Positions 9,810 to 21,762 of a DNA stretch of 64,000 nt are shown piece after piece; within the stretch, counting starts at the first letter, position 1; every line of letters begins with the position of its first letter. Source of the DNA: an uncultured Chloroflexia bacterium (GTDB taxonomy: Bacteria; Chloroflexota; Limnocylindria; QHBO01); contig CAWHAZ010000007.1 of the NCBI GenBank assembly GCA_963827475.1, positions 95,776 through 159,775 of the forward strand. The letters run 5' to 3'. The notes beneath the pieces are model-generated. The model was not told where the DNA came from, searched no databases, and was given only the letters and a program-made list of their open reading frames with translations. Position numbers and translations under genes: made by a program.

Positions 9810-11091
9810 TCAGCGGTTGACGCGGACCGCCTTCCACACGCTCCGCAACCCGGCCTTCTGGCCGTAGAGCAGGACGCCAGCCGAGTAGATGCGGGCCGCG
9901 ACCCACAGCGCGATGAACGCACCCAGCATGAGGAACGCGAACGACAGGGCGATCTCCCATGGCTCGATGAGGCCGAACACCAGGCGAGTGGGGATGAGGT
10001 ACGGCGAGAAGAACGGGACGAACGACAGGACCTGGACCCAGTCCGCGTCCGGCGCGTTCAGCGCGGCGAACGCGATGAGGTACCCCGCCACCCCGACGAT
10101 GATCATCGGTCCGGTGATGGTCTGGACGTCATCCACCCGATTGGCCGTCGAGCCGAGGGCGGCGTAGAGGGTCGCGTACAGCCCGAACCCGCCGACGAAG
10201 AACAGGCCGACCACGAACAGCACGCCGATGGTCAGGCCCTGCAGCTCGAGGGGCTCACCGCTGGACTCGCCGAGGATGAGCCGGCTGATGGTGCCCTGCA
10301 GCACGAGACCGCCGAGCGCCGCCGCGACGATGACGACGTACTGGAGCAGGCCGGCGCCACCGGCGCCCACGACCTTGCCCAGGAGCAGCTGGCGGGGGGT
10401 GGCGGCGGTGATCAGCAGCTCCATGACCCGGCTCGACTTCTCCTCCGCCACCGAGGTGGCCACCCACTGGCCGTAGGTGATGATCGCCATGAACATCAGC
10501 ACCAGCAGGGCGGTGGCCAGCAGGTAGCGCGGGCCGAAGTTCTCCTCCGGGTTGACGGCATCGGGGTCGACCGGCGTGACCACGAACGCGGTGGGGCCGA
10601 GCATCTCGCCCACGTCGTCCGGGATCGATCCCCGCCCGGATCAGCCGGTCGGCGGCCACGACCTGCTGCGCGGCGGCCTGGACGCCAAAGACCAGGCTGC
10701 TGACCTGACCCTCGGCGGTGAACAGGTCGAAGGTCAGGTCATCGTCCTCGCCGCGATCCACCGTCACCAGCCCGTCGCGCTCTCCCGCCTCGACCGCGTC
10801 CCGCTCGGCGTCCGGATCGGTGACCAGCTCCGCGGTCACGCCGGACTGCTCCATCGCGTTGAGGGTCGCGACCAGGGCGGCGGCCCCCTCCTCGGCCTCG
10901 GGGACGGCGGCGTAGACCGACACCGATGAGGGCTCGTCCAGGCCGAGCGCGCTGACCCCGATCGGCAGCAGGGCCAGCCCGAGGCCGACCAGGGCCAGGA
11001 TCAGGGTCACGACCTGGAAGGCGCGGCTTCGGACCCGCAGCTGGAACTCCCGAACGGTCACGGTCCAGGCATTCGGGAACAGGCCGAGCAT
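9810..11091 (-). CDS. ABC-2 type permease (NatB/YhaP-like; frameshift near 10625)
   Basis: VREFQLRVRSRAF N-terminus; SVAEEKSSRVMELL and LLLGKVVG motifs. Confidence 0.85.
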
Positions 11092-12049
11092 CACGTCCGC
11101 TCCTGCGCCGGGGCCAGGTGTCGCTCCTCGGATTCCTCCGCGGGGCGCCCGACATGCTCGATGAACACCTCTTCCAGCGAGGGATCGGTGATCTCGAATC
11201 GGGTCACCCGCTCGCCGCGCTCGAGGGCGGCCGTCAGCAGGGAGGCTGGATCGGTTTCGCGGCTGACATGCAGCTCGAGATAGTCCTCGCCGCGACGGGT
11301 CAGCGACACGCCCGGCATCGACTCGACCCACGCCAGGCCGTCGGTTCCATCGGCTCCGTCGGTCGACAGGCGGACGACCTGCCGGTTCATGGCCCGCTTC
11401 ACGTCGCGAACGTGGCCGCCGACCACCACCTTGCCGCGGTCGACGATCACGATCGACTCGCACAGCTCCTCGACCGTCTCCATCTGGTGGGTCGAGAAGA
11501 TCAGCGCCTTGCCCCGACGCCGCATCTCGAGGAATGCCTCCTTGAGCAGCTGGACGTTGACCGGGTCGAGGCCGTTGAACGGCTCGTCCATGATCAGCAC
11601 GTCGGGGTCGTGGAGGATGGCGGCGATGAACTGGATCTTCTGCTGGTTGCCCTTGGACAGCTCCTGGACCCTGCGGTCGCGGTAGTCCGGGATCCGGAAC
11701 CGCTCCAGCCAGTCCTCGACGTCACGCGTCGCCTCCTGGCTGGGCACGCCGTACAGCCGCGCGAAGAAGCGCAGGACGTCCATCACCGCATGTTCAGGTA
11801 GAGGCCGCGCTCCTCGGGAAGGTAGCCCCAGGTCCGGCGCGGGACCTCGGTGTTCGGCCTGCCCTGCCAGGTCACGGAGCCGGAGTCCGCACGCAGGATG
11901 TCGAGCACGATCCGCATCGACGTCGTCTTGCCGGCGCCGTTCGCCCCCAGCAGGCCGAAGACCCGGCCCGGCTCCGCGGTGAAGCTCACCCCGTCCAGGG
12001 CCACGATCTCGCCGAACCGCTTGCTGATGGTATCGACGACCAGGCTCAT
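11091..12049 (-). CDS. ABC transporter ATP-binding protein (YhaQ-like; frameshift at ~11785)
   Basis: GANGAGKTT and GYLPEERGLY in 11783..12049; LSKGNQQK, MDEPFNGLD and STH in 11091..11786. Confidence 0.9.
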
Positions 12050-12119
12050 GGACGACCGATGCTACCCGCTGTCGGTTCAGCCCGTGTCAACCGCAACAGC
12101 CAACCGGTAGAGTCCGCGG

Positions 12120-12797
12120 ATGGACCGATGGAACGGCCGATGGGTGGTCTTCGACGTCGGCGAGACCCTCGTCGACGAGACCCGGGTGTGGTCCACGTGG
12201 GCCGATGTCGTCGGCATTCCGCGCCTGACCTTCATGGCCGTCCTCGGCGCGGTGATCGCCCGCGGCGGCGGTCACCAGGAGGTCTTCCGGGAGCTCGGCC
12301 TGCCCCACTGGGAGCACTACCGCGACGAGCTCGAGGCCTCGTACGGACCGATCCGCGACGACGACCTGTACCCCGACGTCCGGCCTGCATTGACCGCGAT
12401 CAGCGTCCTCGGGTACCGCATCGCCGTCTTCGGCAACCAACCAGCCCGCCGCACGGCCGATCTGCGGGCCCTGGACCTGCCGGTCGAGGTCATCGCCATG
12501 TCCGACGAGATGGGCGTGGCCAAGCCCGCGCCGGAGTACTTCGCGCGGGTCCTCGAGCTGCTCGATGACCCTGACGCAGCGGCTGTCGTCCACGTCGGCG
12601 ATCGGGTGGACAACGACGTCCTGCCTGCCGCCGCCGCCGGGCTCGGATCGGTGTGGATCAGGCGCGGGCCGTGGGGCAAGATCCAGCGCCTCCCCGACGG
12701 GTTCGACCCGCCGCTGGTCATCGATGCGCTCGTCGAGCTCCCCGAAGGGCTGGAACGGGTCTTCGGGACCTTGCCCCGCTCGACGACATCGGTCTAG
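12120..12797 (+). CDS. HAD-family hydrolase
   Basis: FDVGETLVD motif I, KP motif III, HVGDRVDND motif IV. Confidence 0.9.
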   Translation: MDRWNGRWVVFDVGETLVDETRVWSTWADVVGIPRLTFMAVLGAVIARGGGHQEVFRELGLPHWEHYRDELEASYGPIRDDDLYPDVRPALTAISVLGYRIAVFGNQPARRTADLRALDLPVEVIAMSDEMGVAKPAPEYFARVLELLDDPDAAAVVHVGDRVDNDVLPAAAAGLGSVWIRRGPWGKIQRLPDGFDPPLVIDALVELPEGLERVFGTLPRSTTSV

Positions 12798-12875
12798 ACT
12801 CGGCCTCGGGCCGGACCGGGCCCGTATCGCCGGTCGAGGTGGAGACTGCGCAGCCGGTGCGCAGTTTTTCTGCAT

Positions 12876-14086
12876 GTGGACGAGGTTCAGCCCGTGGATG
12901 ACCTGGCCCAGGTCCTGTTCCAGCTGTTCGTCCTGCTCGCGGCCACCAAGATCGGGGACGAGCTGTTCAAGCGGCTCGGCCAGCCGACGCTGGTGGGCGA
13001 GATCCTGGCCGGCGTCATCGTCGGACCCGCCCTGCTGGGCTTGTACCAGGTCACGCCCGAGACCGAGCTGTTCGCCCAGATCGGTGCCGTGCTGCTGCTG
13101 TTCGAGGTCGGGGTCCGCACCCGTGTGGGCGATCTCGTGCGCGTCGGCGGCACGGCCGCCCTGGTCGCGGTCCTCGGGGTCGCGCTGCCTTTCGCCGGCG
13201 GATTCGCGATCGCGACCGCCTTTGGCTTCTCCCTCGAGGGCAGCGTCTTCCTCGCCGCCGCCTTGACCGCGACCTCGGTCGGCATCACCTCGCGCGCACT
13301 CGACCAGCTCGGGGCGCTGCGGACGGATTCGGGTCGAATCGTGCTGGGCGCCGCGGTCATCGACGACGTGCTGGCCATGTTGATCGTGGCGGTCGCGGTT
13401 GGCATGTCCAGCGGCGGCGTGGACGCGGGCGACATCCTGCTGACCCTGGCTCTGGCCGCCGCGTTCATCGTCATCGTGCTGGTGGCCGGCACCGGCATCC
13501 TCTCGCGGCGCCCCTCGCTGCTCACCGAGCCGCGGTTCGCGGAGACCCCGCTTCTGCCGGGGATGATCGTCATGCTCGGCCTGGCCGCGCTCAGCGCGGC
13601 CATCGGCCTGGCGGCCATCATCGGCGCATTCCTGGCCGGGATGGTGGTCGGCGAGTCGTCCGAGAAGGACGCCCTCGAGAAGGAGACCGCGCCGATCGCC
13701 GCGCTCTTCACCCCGTTCTTCTTCGGGTTCGTCGGCGCTCAGATCGACCCGCTGGTGTTCGCCACCCCGCTGACCGTGGCCCTGCTGGTGCTCGTCACCG
13801 CCGTGGCCATCGCCACCAAGTTCGCCGGCGCCTTCCTCGGGGCGCTGCGCGTCGGTCGCGACCGGGCCCTGCTGATCGGCTGGGCCATGGTCCCGCGCGG
13901 GGAGGTGGAGATCATCGTGGCCGGGCTCGCCCTGGCCGCCGGGGCGTTTGGACCGGACCTCTACGCGGTCGTGGTTGGGATGGTGGTGATCACGAGCATG
14001 CTGGTCCCGCCCCTCCTTCCACCGCTCGTCCGCCGGGCGGAGCCGGGGATCGCCCGCGACTCGCCGCGGAGGAAGCGGCCGGATAG
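12876..14086 (+). CDS. Cation:proton antiporter (CPA2/Kef-type); true end probably TAG 14084-14086 after a late frameshift
   Basis: GEILAGVIVGP, TATSVGIT, AAVIDDVLAM, MVPRGEV; the ORF-track extension to 14747 is antisense to the SBP gene. Confidence 0.88.
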
Positions 14087-14088
14087 CC

Positions 14089-14116
14089 GGAGGCCCCTCG
14101 CGGACGAGGGGCCTCC
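14089..14116. terminator. Bidirectional hairpin terminator between convergent genes
   Basis: GGAGGCCCCTCG-CGGA-CGAGGGGCCTCC perfect 12-bp stem. Confidence 0.7.
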
Positions 14117-14150
14117 ATCGGTCAGGTTGGCGGGTGATCCCGCCGGTGGC

Positions 14151-15330
14151 TCAGTCGCCGCCGGGCGTGATCTCCACCGTCGGAGGCTCCCAGTCCTCGC
14201 CGGTCGTGTCGCCGTCGATCCCCGCCAACGCGGCAAGGCGCTCGTCGGAGTTGATCGCGGCCTCGTCCGGCGCCGCGGTGAGGATCCCCGCCGCAGTGGC
14301 GGTGTCAATGGTCTGGCCCAGGACGTCCTGGTCCAGGGCACCGATCCCGTCGGGCGCCGGCCAGACCAGCTTGTTGATCTCGTTCATCATCCAGGCCAGG
14401 TGGCCCCGACCCCAGATGCTGCCGCGGTCGATGGAGTACTGCACGCAGTCATCGGGGTTGTCCCGGCAGTACATCCAGCCCCGGAACGAGGCCTGGAGGA
14501 ATCGCGTGGCGACTTCCCTGTTGTTGCCCTCGTCCAGCCACGACTGCCGGGCGAAGATCGCGTCCTGCAGCATGGCCGTGCCGAGCTCGTTGTAGTCGAA
14601 CACGAAGAACTGGTCCGGCTGGAACAGCTCGCCCGTGTTCGGGATCCTCTAGCTCCAGGAGCTGCGCCCACTCGTTGTAGATCATCGCCTCGGCGACGTC
14701 GACGCAGTCCTGGTCGCTCGCCGCGCACCCGTCCTGGGCGGCGATGAGCTCGTTCATGTCGAAGTCCTGCTCGACGCGGGTGAAGTCCACCCCGTCCTGG
14801 AGGTCGGCCAGGATCTGGGCCGAGGCCAGGACCTCGAGCTCGTTGCCGAACGGCCACGCGCCGATGCGCTTGCCTTCCCAGTCGGACACCTCGGTGATGC
14901 CGGCGTCGGCCCACGCCACCGAGAGGGTGGCGGACCGCTGGAAGACCTGCGCCAGGTGGACGAGGTCGGACCCGGCCTCGCGCGCCTGGAGCACCTTCGG
15001 CACCCAGGCGATGGTGAACTCCGGACCGTCGGGCTGTGAGCCCACCTCCTGCGGAACGATGGTGCCGCCGCCGGGGAGGATCTCCACGGTCAGGGCAACG
15101 TCGTCGTAGTACCCCTGCTCGACGGCCGCGAAGTACCCGCCGAACTGTGCTTGGTCCAGCCACTGCAGCTGGAGCTGGACGGTGGCCGGCTCGTAGCTGA
15201 CCTGGCTCTCGGCCGCGCTCGGCGCAGCGCTCTCGCCTCCGCTCGGGCTCTCACTGGCGCTCGACTGGCAGGCGGCCAAGGTGAGCATGCCGGCTATTGC
15301 CAGCACGCCAAAGACACGCGTAACCCTCAT
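14151..15330 (-). CDS. ABC substrate-binding lipoprotein, NMT1/THI5 family (frameshift near 14640)
   Basis: Lipobox LAAC; LQLQWLDQAQFGGYFAAVEQGYY; AMIYNE; MLQDAIFA; HLAWMMNEINKL. Confidence 0.88.
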
Positions 15331-15445
15331 CTCCACTCCTCGATTTGCTGGCCCAGGGCCGGACCATCCGTGACTGCTGATTCTACGGAGGGACCGATGT
15401 TCGCGGGCGCGGGCCCTGCGCGGGTCCTGCGCGGAGGCTGCCCGA

Positions 15446-16231
15446 TCAGGCGGGCTGGTCTCCGCGCAACGAGGCGTGCCACGGGATCAGGAGTCGCTCG
15501 AGCAGAACGACCCCGAGATACAGCGCGATGCCCATCAGCGACACGACGAGGATGGCGGCCCAGGTCACGTCGAATCGGAGCGAGCTGGCCGCGGCCACCA
15601 CCACCCGCCCGAGGGTCGCGGTGAGGCCCCCGAAGTACTCGCCCACGACCGCTCCGATCAGGCTCAGCGTGGTCGCGATCTTCAGGCCGGTGAGGAAGTA
15701 GGGCAGGGCATTCGGGATCCGCACCTCGCGGGTGACCGTCAACGGTGCGGCCGCGTAGGAGCGCATGAGCTCGAGGGCCGATGGCTCGACCTGGGTGAGG
15801 CCACGCAGGGTGTTGATCATGATCGGGAAGTAGACGAGCGTGGCGGCGATCGCCATCTTCGACAGCGGGCTGAGGATGCCGAACCAGTTGTTGGCGACCG
15901 GGGCAAACGCGATGATCGGAATCGCGTTGACGGCGATCGCCAGCGGCAGGACCGTGTCCTGCGAAGCGGGGAAACGGGACACGATGAAGGCGGTGGCCAC
16001 CCCCAGGACGGTGCCGATCACCAGCCCGCCGATGGCCTCGAAGAAGGTCACGCGCGCCGCGGCGAAGATCGCGTGGCCCTCGGTCCAGTTCTCGCCGAGG
16101 GCCGCCCAGATCGCGGACGGGGCCGGCAGGGTGAACACCTGGGCTCCGGAAGCTTTGACGAGGACCTCCCAGGCGACGAGGACCCCGACGAGGATCAGCG
16201 CGGCGGGCAGGTAGCGGCGAATCGCGTTCAT
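15446..16231 (-). CDS. ABC permease (NitT/TauT family)
   Basis: LPAPSAIW, IPIIAFAP, RIPNALPYFLTGLK, GAVVGEY. Confidence 0.9.
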   Translation of the reverse strand: MNAIRRYLPAALILVGVLVAWEVLVKASGAQVFTLPAPSAIWAALGENWTEGHAIFAAARVTFFEAIGGLVIGTVLGVATAFIVSRFPASQDTVLPLAIAVNAIPIIAFAPVANNWFGILSPLSKMAIAATLVYFPIMINTLRGLTQVEPSALELMRSYAAAPLTVTREVRIPNALPYFLTGLKIATTLSLIGAVVGEYFGGLTATLGRVVVAAASSLRFDVTWAAILVVSLMGIALYLGVVLLERLLIPWHASLRGDQPA

Positions 16232-16235
16232 GTGG

Positions 16236-17090
16236 CTAGCCGACCACGCCCTCGGCCGCGGTCCGCTCGGCGGACGCGACATCGGCCTCCGGGCCTTCGC
16301 CGGCGCGGAGTGCCTCGCGGACCTCGGTGATGAACGAGAAGTAGGCCGGGCTCTCCCGCGTGTCGAGCCCGCGCGGGCGGGGGAGATCCACCTCGACCAG
16401 CCGCGTGATGCGGCCGGGCCGAGCGCTCATGACCGCCACCCGGCTCGAGAGGAAGACCGCCTCGGGGATCGAGTGGGTGACGAACACGACCGTGATCCCG
16501 GTCCGCGCCCAGATGCTCAGGACCTCCGAGTTCATCCGCTCGCGGGTCATCTCGTCGAGGGCCCCGAACGGCTCGTCCATGAGCAACAGCGACGGGGAGA
16601 AGGCCAGGGCCCGGGCGATGGCCACCCGCTGCTGCATGCCGCCCGAGAGCTGGTACGGCCGGTGGCGGGCGAAATCGGTCAGGCCGACCAGCGCGAGCAT
16701 CTCGTGTGTCCGCTCCGCCTGCGCCTTCTTGTCGTATCCGAACAGCTCGAGCGGCAGCCGGACGTTGTCCTCGATCGTCCGCCAGTCGAAGAGCACGGGG
16801 GCCTGGAAGACCATCCCGTACTCGCGATCAAGGCGCGCGCGTTCGGCCGACTTGCCGTTGACCTCCGCGGTCCCGGTGGTCGGCTTGGTGAGGTCACCGA
16901 TCACCCGCAGGAGCGTCGACTTGCCGCACCCGGAGGGCCCGATCAGCGAGACGAACTCGCCCCGACCGATGTCGAGCGAGATGTCGGTGAGGGCGACCGT
17001 CTCGCCGTCGCCCTTCTTGCCGCCGGTCCGGAACGTCTTTCCGATGCCGGCGAGCCGGACGACCGGGGCGCTGGCGTCGGCGACGCTCAT
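16236..17090 (-). CDS. ABC ATP-binding protein (NitT/TauT family)
   Basis: GPSGCGKST, LSGGMQQR, MDEPFGALD, VTH; ATG 17090 overlaps the upstream stop. Confidence 0.93.
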   Translation of the reverse strand: MSVADASAPVVRLAGIGKTFRTGGKKGDGETVALTDISLDIGRGEFVSLIGPSGCGKSTLLRVIGDLTKPTTGTAEVNGKSAERARLDREYGMVFQAPVLFDWRTIEDNVRLPLELFGYDKKAQAERTHEMLALVGLTDFARHRPYQLSGGMQQRVAIARALAFSPSLLLMDEPFGALDEMTRERMNSEVLSIWARTGITVVFVTHSIPEAVFLSSRVAVMSARPGRITRLVEVDLPRPRGLDTRESPAYFSFITEVREALRAGEGPEADVASAERTAAEGVVG

Positions 17091-17983
17091 ACGACGTCTC
17101 CGGTGGGGCTCCCGCGGACGACGCCCATCTCGACCAGCCGGACCAGCCCGAAGCACAGGATGCCCACCACCGATGCGACCAGGATCGCGCCCCACAGCTT
17201 CTCCGGCGCGACGGTATAGCTGCTGGAGAAGAAGACCAGGGCCCGTCCGAGGCCGGCCTGCAGGCTGCCGGCTCCCTCCCCCACGATGGCGCCCACGATG
17301 GCGGCGGTGGCCGTGATCTTCATGGCGGTGAACAGGTACGGGAGGGAGGCGGGGAAGCGCACCTTCCACAGGACGGCCCGCCGTGACGCCGCGTACGAGC
17401 GCATGAGCTCCAGCGCCCGCGGGTCGGGCGAGCGGAGGCCGCGCAGCATGGCGATGGTGACCGGGAAGAAGCTCAGGTAGGTGGCGACGATCACGACGCT
17501 CCCCACGTCCCGCCCCGCGAGGAACACGATGAGCGGTGCGAGGGCGATGATCGGGATCGTCTGGCTGGCCACCACGTACGGCAGGAACGCCCGCTCGATG
17601 AGCCCGGAGTGGACGAACAGGACGGCCAGGCCGATCCCCAGCAGGCCGCCGATGGTGAAGCCGATGAACGCCGAGCGCAGGGTGTACAGCGTCTGGTCGA
17701 GCAGGTAGCCGAGCAGCGTCTGCTCCGCGCCCGAGGTCAGCGGCTCGAACAGGCGCGTGAAGATGACCCAGAAGTGGGGCATGTTGATGTCGCTGGCCAG
17801 GCCGATGTCGAGCGGGGGCGTCCACACCACGACCCCGTCCATCCGGAACGGGTCACCACCCAGCACCTTGACGCCCTCCCACAGGGCCGCGATCCCGACG
17901 ATGAACAGGGCGAAGAACGCGATGCGCACCCGCCGGCTGGCGCCGGCGGACCGGGCCCGTGATGGCGGGGCGCCGGCCGTCAT
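17087..17983 (-). CDS. ABC permease (NitT/TauT family)
   Basis: PYVVASQTIPIIALAP, RFPASLPYLF, GAIVGE. Confidence 0.9.
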   Translation of the reverse strand: MTAGAPPSRARSAGASRRVRIAFFALFIVGIAALWEGVKVLGGDPFRMDGVVVWTPPLDIGLASDINMPHFWVIFTRLFEPLTSGAEQTLLGYLLDQTLYTLRSAFIGFTIGGLLGIGLAVLFVHSGLIERAFLPYVVASQTIPIIALAPLIVFLAGRDVGSVVIVATYLSFFPVTIAMLRGLRSPDPRALELMRSYAASRRAVLWKVRFPASLPYLFTAMKITATAAIVGAIVGEGAGSLQAGLGRALVFFSSSYTVAPEKLWGAILVASVVGILCFGLVRLVEMGVVRGSPTGDVV

Positions 17984-18010
17984 CGGTACGGGAGGTTGCT
18001 GGGCGGTCGG

Positions 18011-19357
18011 TCAGGCGACCGCGGCATCGGTCTCGTCCAGGGCGCGGTCGATGATCCCGAATGCCTCGCGGAGCTGCTCCTCGGTGATGCACAGCGGCGG
18101 GTTGGTGAAGACCTGGTGCCAGTGCTGCATGGTGTACAGGCCGTCCGCCCGCAACCGCGCGTCGAGTGCCGCCATCTCCGGGGAGCTGGCGTTGAACGCG
18201 GTCATCGGCTCCTTCGTCTCCGGGTTGCGGACGAGCTCGATCACGCCGAACAGACCGATGTTGCGGGTCGTGCCCACGCTTGGATGGCGTGACTCCAGGT
18301 CGGTCAGCAGTTCGCGCATGATCGGGCCCAGGCGGGCGGCGTTGCCCACCAGGTCGTCGTCGCGGAGGACGCCGACGGCGGCGATGGCCGCCGCGCAGCT
18401 GACCGGGTGGGCCGAGTAGGTCAGCCCCCCGTAGTAGACGCGGTCGTTGAAGTAGTCCGCGATCTCCGGCTTCATGGCCACCGCCCCGAGCGGGAGGTAC
18501 GAGCTGGTCAGGCCCTTGGCCATGGTCAGCAGGTCGGGCACGACGTCCCAGTGGTCGACCGCGAACCAGCGGCCCGTCCGGCCGAAGCCGGCCATCACCT
18601 CGTCGGTGATCATCAGGATCCCGTGCCGGTCGCAGATGTCGCGGATGCCCTGCAGGTAGCCGTCGGGCGGGATGAGGATGCCGTTGGTGCCGGTCACCGT
18701 CTCGAGGATGAAGGCGGCGATGGTGTGCGGGCCCTCGTACTGGATGACCTCCTCCAGGTACTCGAGCTGGCGGTCGACCGGCTCAGGCTCGGTCTGGCCC
18801 CAGCGCCATGGGTCGAGGACGCGAATGACCCCCGGGATGCCCGGCTCGTTCGCCCAACGGCGCGGGTCGCCGGTGACGCTGATGCTGCCCGCGGTGGCGC
18901 CGTGGTACGACCGATGGTGGGCCACGACCTTCTGCCGCCCGGTCACGATCCGGGCCAGGCGCAGCGCGTTCTCGTTGGCCTCCGCCCCGCCCAGGGTGAA
19001 GAAGAACTTGTCGAGGTTCCCCGGGGTGAGCGTGGCCAGCAGCTCCCCGAGGCGGCCGCGGACCTCGGTCGCGAACTGGGGGGCGGCGAACGCGAGCTGG
19101 TGGGCCTGCTCGGCGATGGCGTCGGCCACTCGTCGGTCGCCGTGACCGATGTTCACGCTCATCAGCTGCGAGTTGAAGTCGATGTACCGCTTGCCGTCGG
19201 GGTCCCAGAAGTAGATTCCCTCGCCCCGCTCGATGGCGATCGGATTGATCTTGGCCTGGGCCGACCAGCTGAAGAAGGTGTACTGCCGGTTGAGGGCGAC
19301 GACCTCCTCGGCGGTGAGGCGGCGGGTGGGCGTGACGGTCATGAGTACCTCGGGCAT
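18011..19357 (-). CDS. Class III PLP aminotransferase (candidate beta-alanine/omega-amino acid:pyruvate aminotransferase)
   Basis: DFNSQLMSVNIGH, SYHGAT, DEVMAGFGRTG, AKGLTSSYLPLG; heads the ABC importer operon. Confidence 0.88.
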   Translation of the reverse strand: MPEVLMTVTPTRRLTAEEVVALNRQYTFFSWSAQAKINPIAIERGEGIYFWDPDGKRYIDFNSQLMSVNIGHGDRRVADAIAEQAHQLAFAAPQFATEVRGRLGELLATLTPGNLDKFFFTLGGAEANENALRLARIVTGRQKVVAHHRSYHGATAGSISVTGDPRRWANEPGIPGVIRVLDPWRWGQTEPEPVDRQLEYLEEVIQYEGPHTIAAFILETVTGTNGILIPPDGYLQGIRDICDRHGILMITDEVMAGFGRTGRWFAVDHWDVVPDLLTMAKGLTSSYLPLGAVAMKPEIADYFNDRVYYGGLTYSAHPVSCAAAIAAVGVLRDDDLVGNAARLGPIMRELLTDLESRHPSVGTTRNIGLFGVIELVRNPETKEPMTAFNASSPEMAALDARLRADGLYTMQHWHQVFTNPPLCITEEQLREAFGIIDRALDETDAAVA

Positions 19358-19456
19358 CGGGCCTGACTCGGGAGCCGATTACACCACAACCCGCCCGCCG
19401 CGGGCACCCCCGCCAACTCGCTGTTCGTCCCGCGCCCGAAGTCGGATGATGGGGCG

Positions 19457-20697
19457 ATGGAGGACCCAGCGCTGAGCGAACCGCCGGTCGAGGCCGAGCC
19501 GTCGAGGCCGAGCCGTCCGAGCTCGAGCACCGGGTGACGGCGCTCGAGCTGTTCTTCGACCTCGTCTTCGTCTTCGCCATCACCCAGGTCACCGGCTACC
19601 TGGCCGACCACACGACCTGGGAGGGACTGCTCCAGGGGCTGTTGATCCTGGCCGCGCTGTGGTGGGCATGGGCCGCGTACGCATGGCTGACCAACGCGCT
19701 CGACCCGGAGGAGGGAGCCGTCCGGCTGGCGGTCTTCGGCTCGATGGCCGCCATGCTCGTCGTCGCGCTGGCCGTGCCGAACGCGTTCGGCGCCGACGGG
19801 GTGATCTTCGCCGCCGCCTATTTCGTCGTCCGAGCCCTGCACCTCGTCCTGTTCGGGATCGGGGCCCGTTCCGATCCGGAGCTGCTCGGCGCGGTGATCC
19901 GGATCGGTCCGACCGCGATCCTCGGTCCCACCCTGCTGCTGGTCGCCGGCTTCCTGGACGGCACCGTCCAGCTGGCGATCTGGGTCGTGGCCATCCTGGT
20001 CGACTACCTCGGCGGGCTGGTCGGCCGGGCACGGGGCTGGCGCGTGGCGCCGGAACACTTCGTCGAGCGCCACGGGCTGATCGTCATCATCGCCCTGGGT
20101 GAGTCCATCGTCGCCATCGGCCTGGGCGCCGCCGGCATCCCGCTGGATGCCGGCCTGATCGCGGCTGCCCTGCTCGGCGTCCTCGTCGCCTGCATGCTGT
20201 GGTGGTCGTACTTCGACTGGGTCACCTACATCGCCCAGGCTCGGCTGGCCGAGACGTCCGGCCCGGAGCGGGCGGCCCTCGCGCGCGATCTGTACTCGTA
20301 CCTCCACCTGCCCATGGTCGCGGGGATCGTCCTGTTCGCCCTCGGGCTGAAGACGACCATGGCCCACCTCGACGAGCCGCTTCCGGCCATTCCCGCGCTC
20401 GGGCTGTGCGGAGGGCTGGCGCTGTACCTGGCCGCCCATGTCGCGTTCCGCCTGCGGCTGGGTGGCGGGCTGGGCCGCGGGCGGCCGGTCGCCACCATCG
20501 TGCTCGTCGCCCTCATCCCGGTGGCGACGGTCGTGCCCGCCCTGCCGGCGCTGGCGATGGTCGCGGCGGTGCTCGTGGCCCTCATTGCCTACGAGGCCGT
20601 CCGCTACCGATCCTCGCGCGCCTGGATCCGAAACCATCGCGGCGCCTTCACCCTCGAAGAAGCTCGGCGCAACCTCAACGCACCTCCTGAGCCCTGA
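19457..20697 (+). CDS. ltrA: Low temperature requirement protein A family membrane protein (N-terminal frameshift ~19500)
   Basis: EHRVTALELFFDLVFVFAITQV, HFVERHGLIVIIALGESIV, YSYLHLPMVAGI. Confidence 0.88.
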
Positions 20698-20753
20698 GGA
20701 TCTGTCGCAGAAACGGGACCCTTGGGCCTCCCCAGCTTGCGCCGCCACGCCGC

Positions 20754-21762
20754 TTGACGCGTCCGGATACTGGTCGGACCGATGTCCACGCGGTCGCCCG
20801 ACGGGTCCTGGTCCTGCTGCTCGCCACGAGCCTGATCCCCCTTGCCCTGGCGCAGGCCACCCACAGCCCGACGGTCGAGCAGGTCGTGGCCGTGGCGGTG
20901 GAACTGGGCATGAGATGCACTTCGGGCGCCACCCAGGTGGACTGCGACGGCCCCGATCAGTTTTATTTCCGCGAGCCACATTCGGTCATCCGGCCCGCGA
21001 CCGGTCCGCTGCTGGTCGTGGCATCGCAGGTCAATGCCCACAGCAACGGGATCCACGACTTCCTCGTCGAGGATCGGGGCTGGATCAGGATGCTCCATGC
21101 GGCCGGGTGCGCGGACGACGAGGTCGAGGTCACGGCGATCGCCGCCTTCCTCGACAGCGTGGCAACCCAGCTCGAGGAGTCGGACGGCGGGACGGTCGGA
21201 CCGGCCCTGGTCGGGGAGTGCAGCATGACCGGGACGCTGTTCCGGGCCGCTCCCACGGCACCGTGGCGCTGGCAGATCACCAGCCAGGTGACGGCGGGAG
21301 CGTTCCCGACCCCGACCCCGGCGCCAACGCCGCCACCCGCGCCTTCGCCCAGGGTGGCGCCGACCCCCCGCCGACCCCAACGCCCAGCCCGACCCGACGC
21401 CGACCCCGACGCCGTCGCCCAGCCCGACGGAGAGCGCGACGGACTCGGTCGAACCGAGCCCCGAGGGGAACGTGGGAGGGATCGTCTTTTCGCCGCCGCC
21501 TTCCGTCCCGCCGCCGGACAACGCGCCCGACGCCGGCGAGGGCTGGGTCGCATCGGTCCCGGGCCCGGCTGACGTGAGCACCGAGCCGGCGGCACTCGTC
21601 TCCAGCGCGCTCCTCGCCTTCCTCCTCCTGTTGTTCATGGGCTTCGTCGGGGAGCTGTTCAACAACACCGCCAAGGCGAACTACGACGTCCTGGTCGGCT
21701 GGTGGTCGGGCAGCTGGCTCGGTCGACACGTCCGCCGCTTCACCGACTTCTGGAAGGTCTGA
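20754..21762 (+). CDS. Exported protein with Cys-containing domain, Pro/Thr-rich linker and TM segment (frameshifted)
   Basis: Signal peptide LLATSLIPLALA; PTPTP repeats at ~21300-21430; TM followed by FNNTAKANYD. Confidence 0.55.

Noticed and set aside
11783-11786. TGA splitting the ABC ATPase (possible recoding or split gene)
   Set aside because: The two halves are in different frames and one missing base restores a standard protein.
12876-14747. 623-aa antiporter with a long C-terminal extension in the ORF track
   Set aside because: The extension crosses a terminator hairpin and is antisense to the SBP gene; a late frameshift gives a stop at 14084-14086.
19487-19514. 14-bp tandem repeat GTCGAGGCCGAGCC x2 shifting the ltrA frame (possible phase variation)
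   Set aside because: Equally explained by an in-frame 15-bp repeat (PVEAE x2) missing one G, which fits the window-wide indel errors.
21300-21430. CCGACCCCG-type repeats
   Set aside because: They encode a Pro/Thr linker; not a CRISPR array or DNA-level element.
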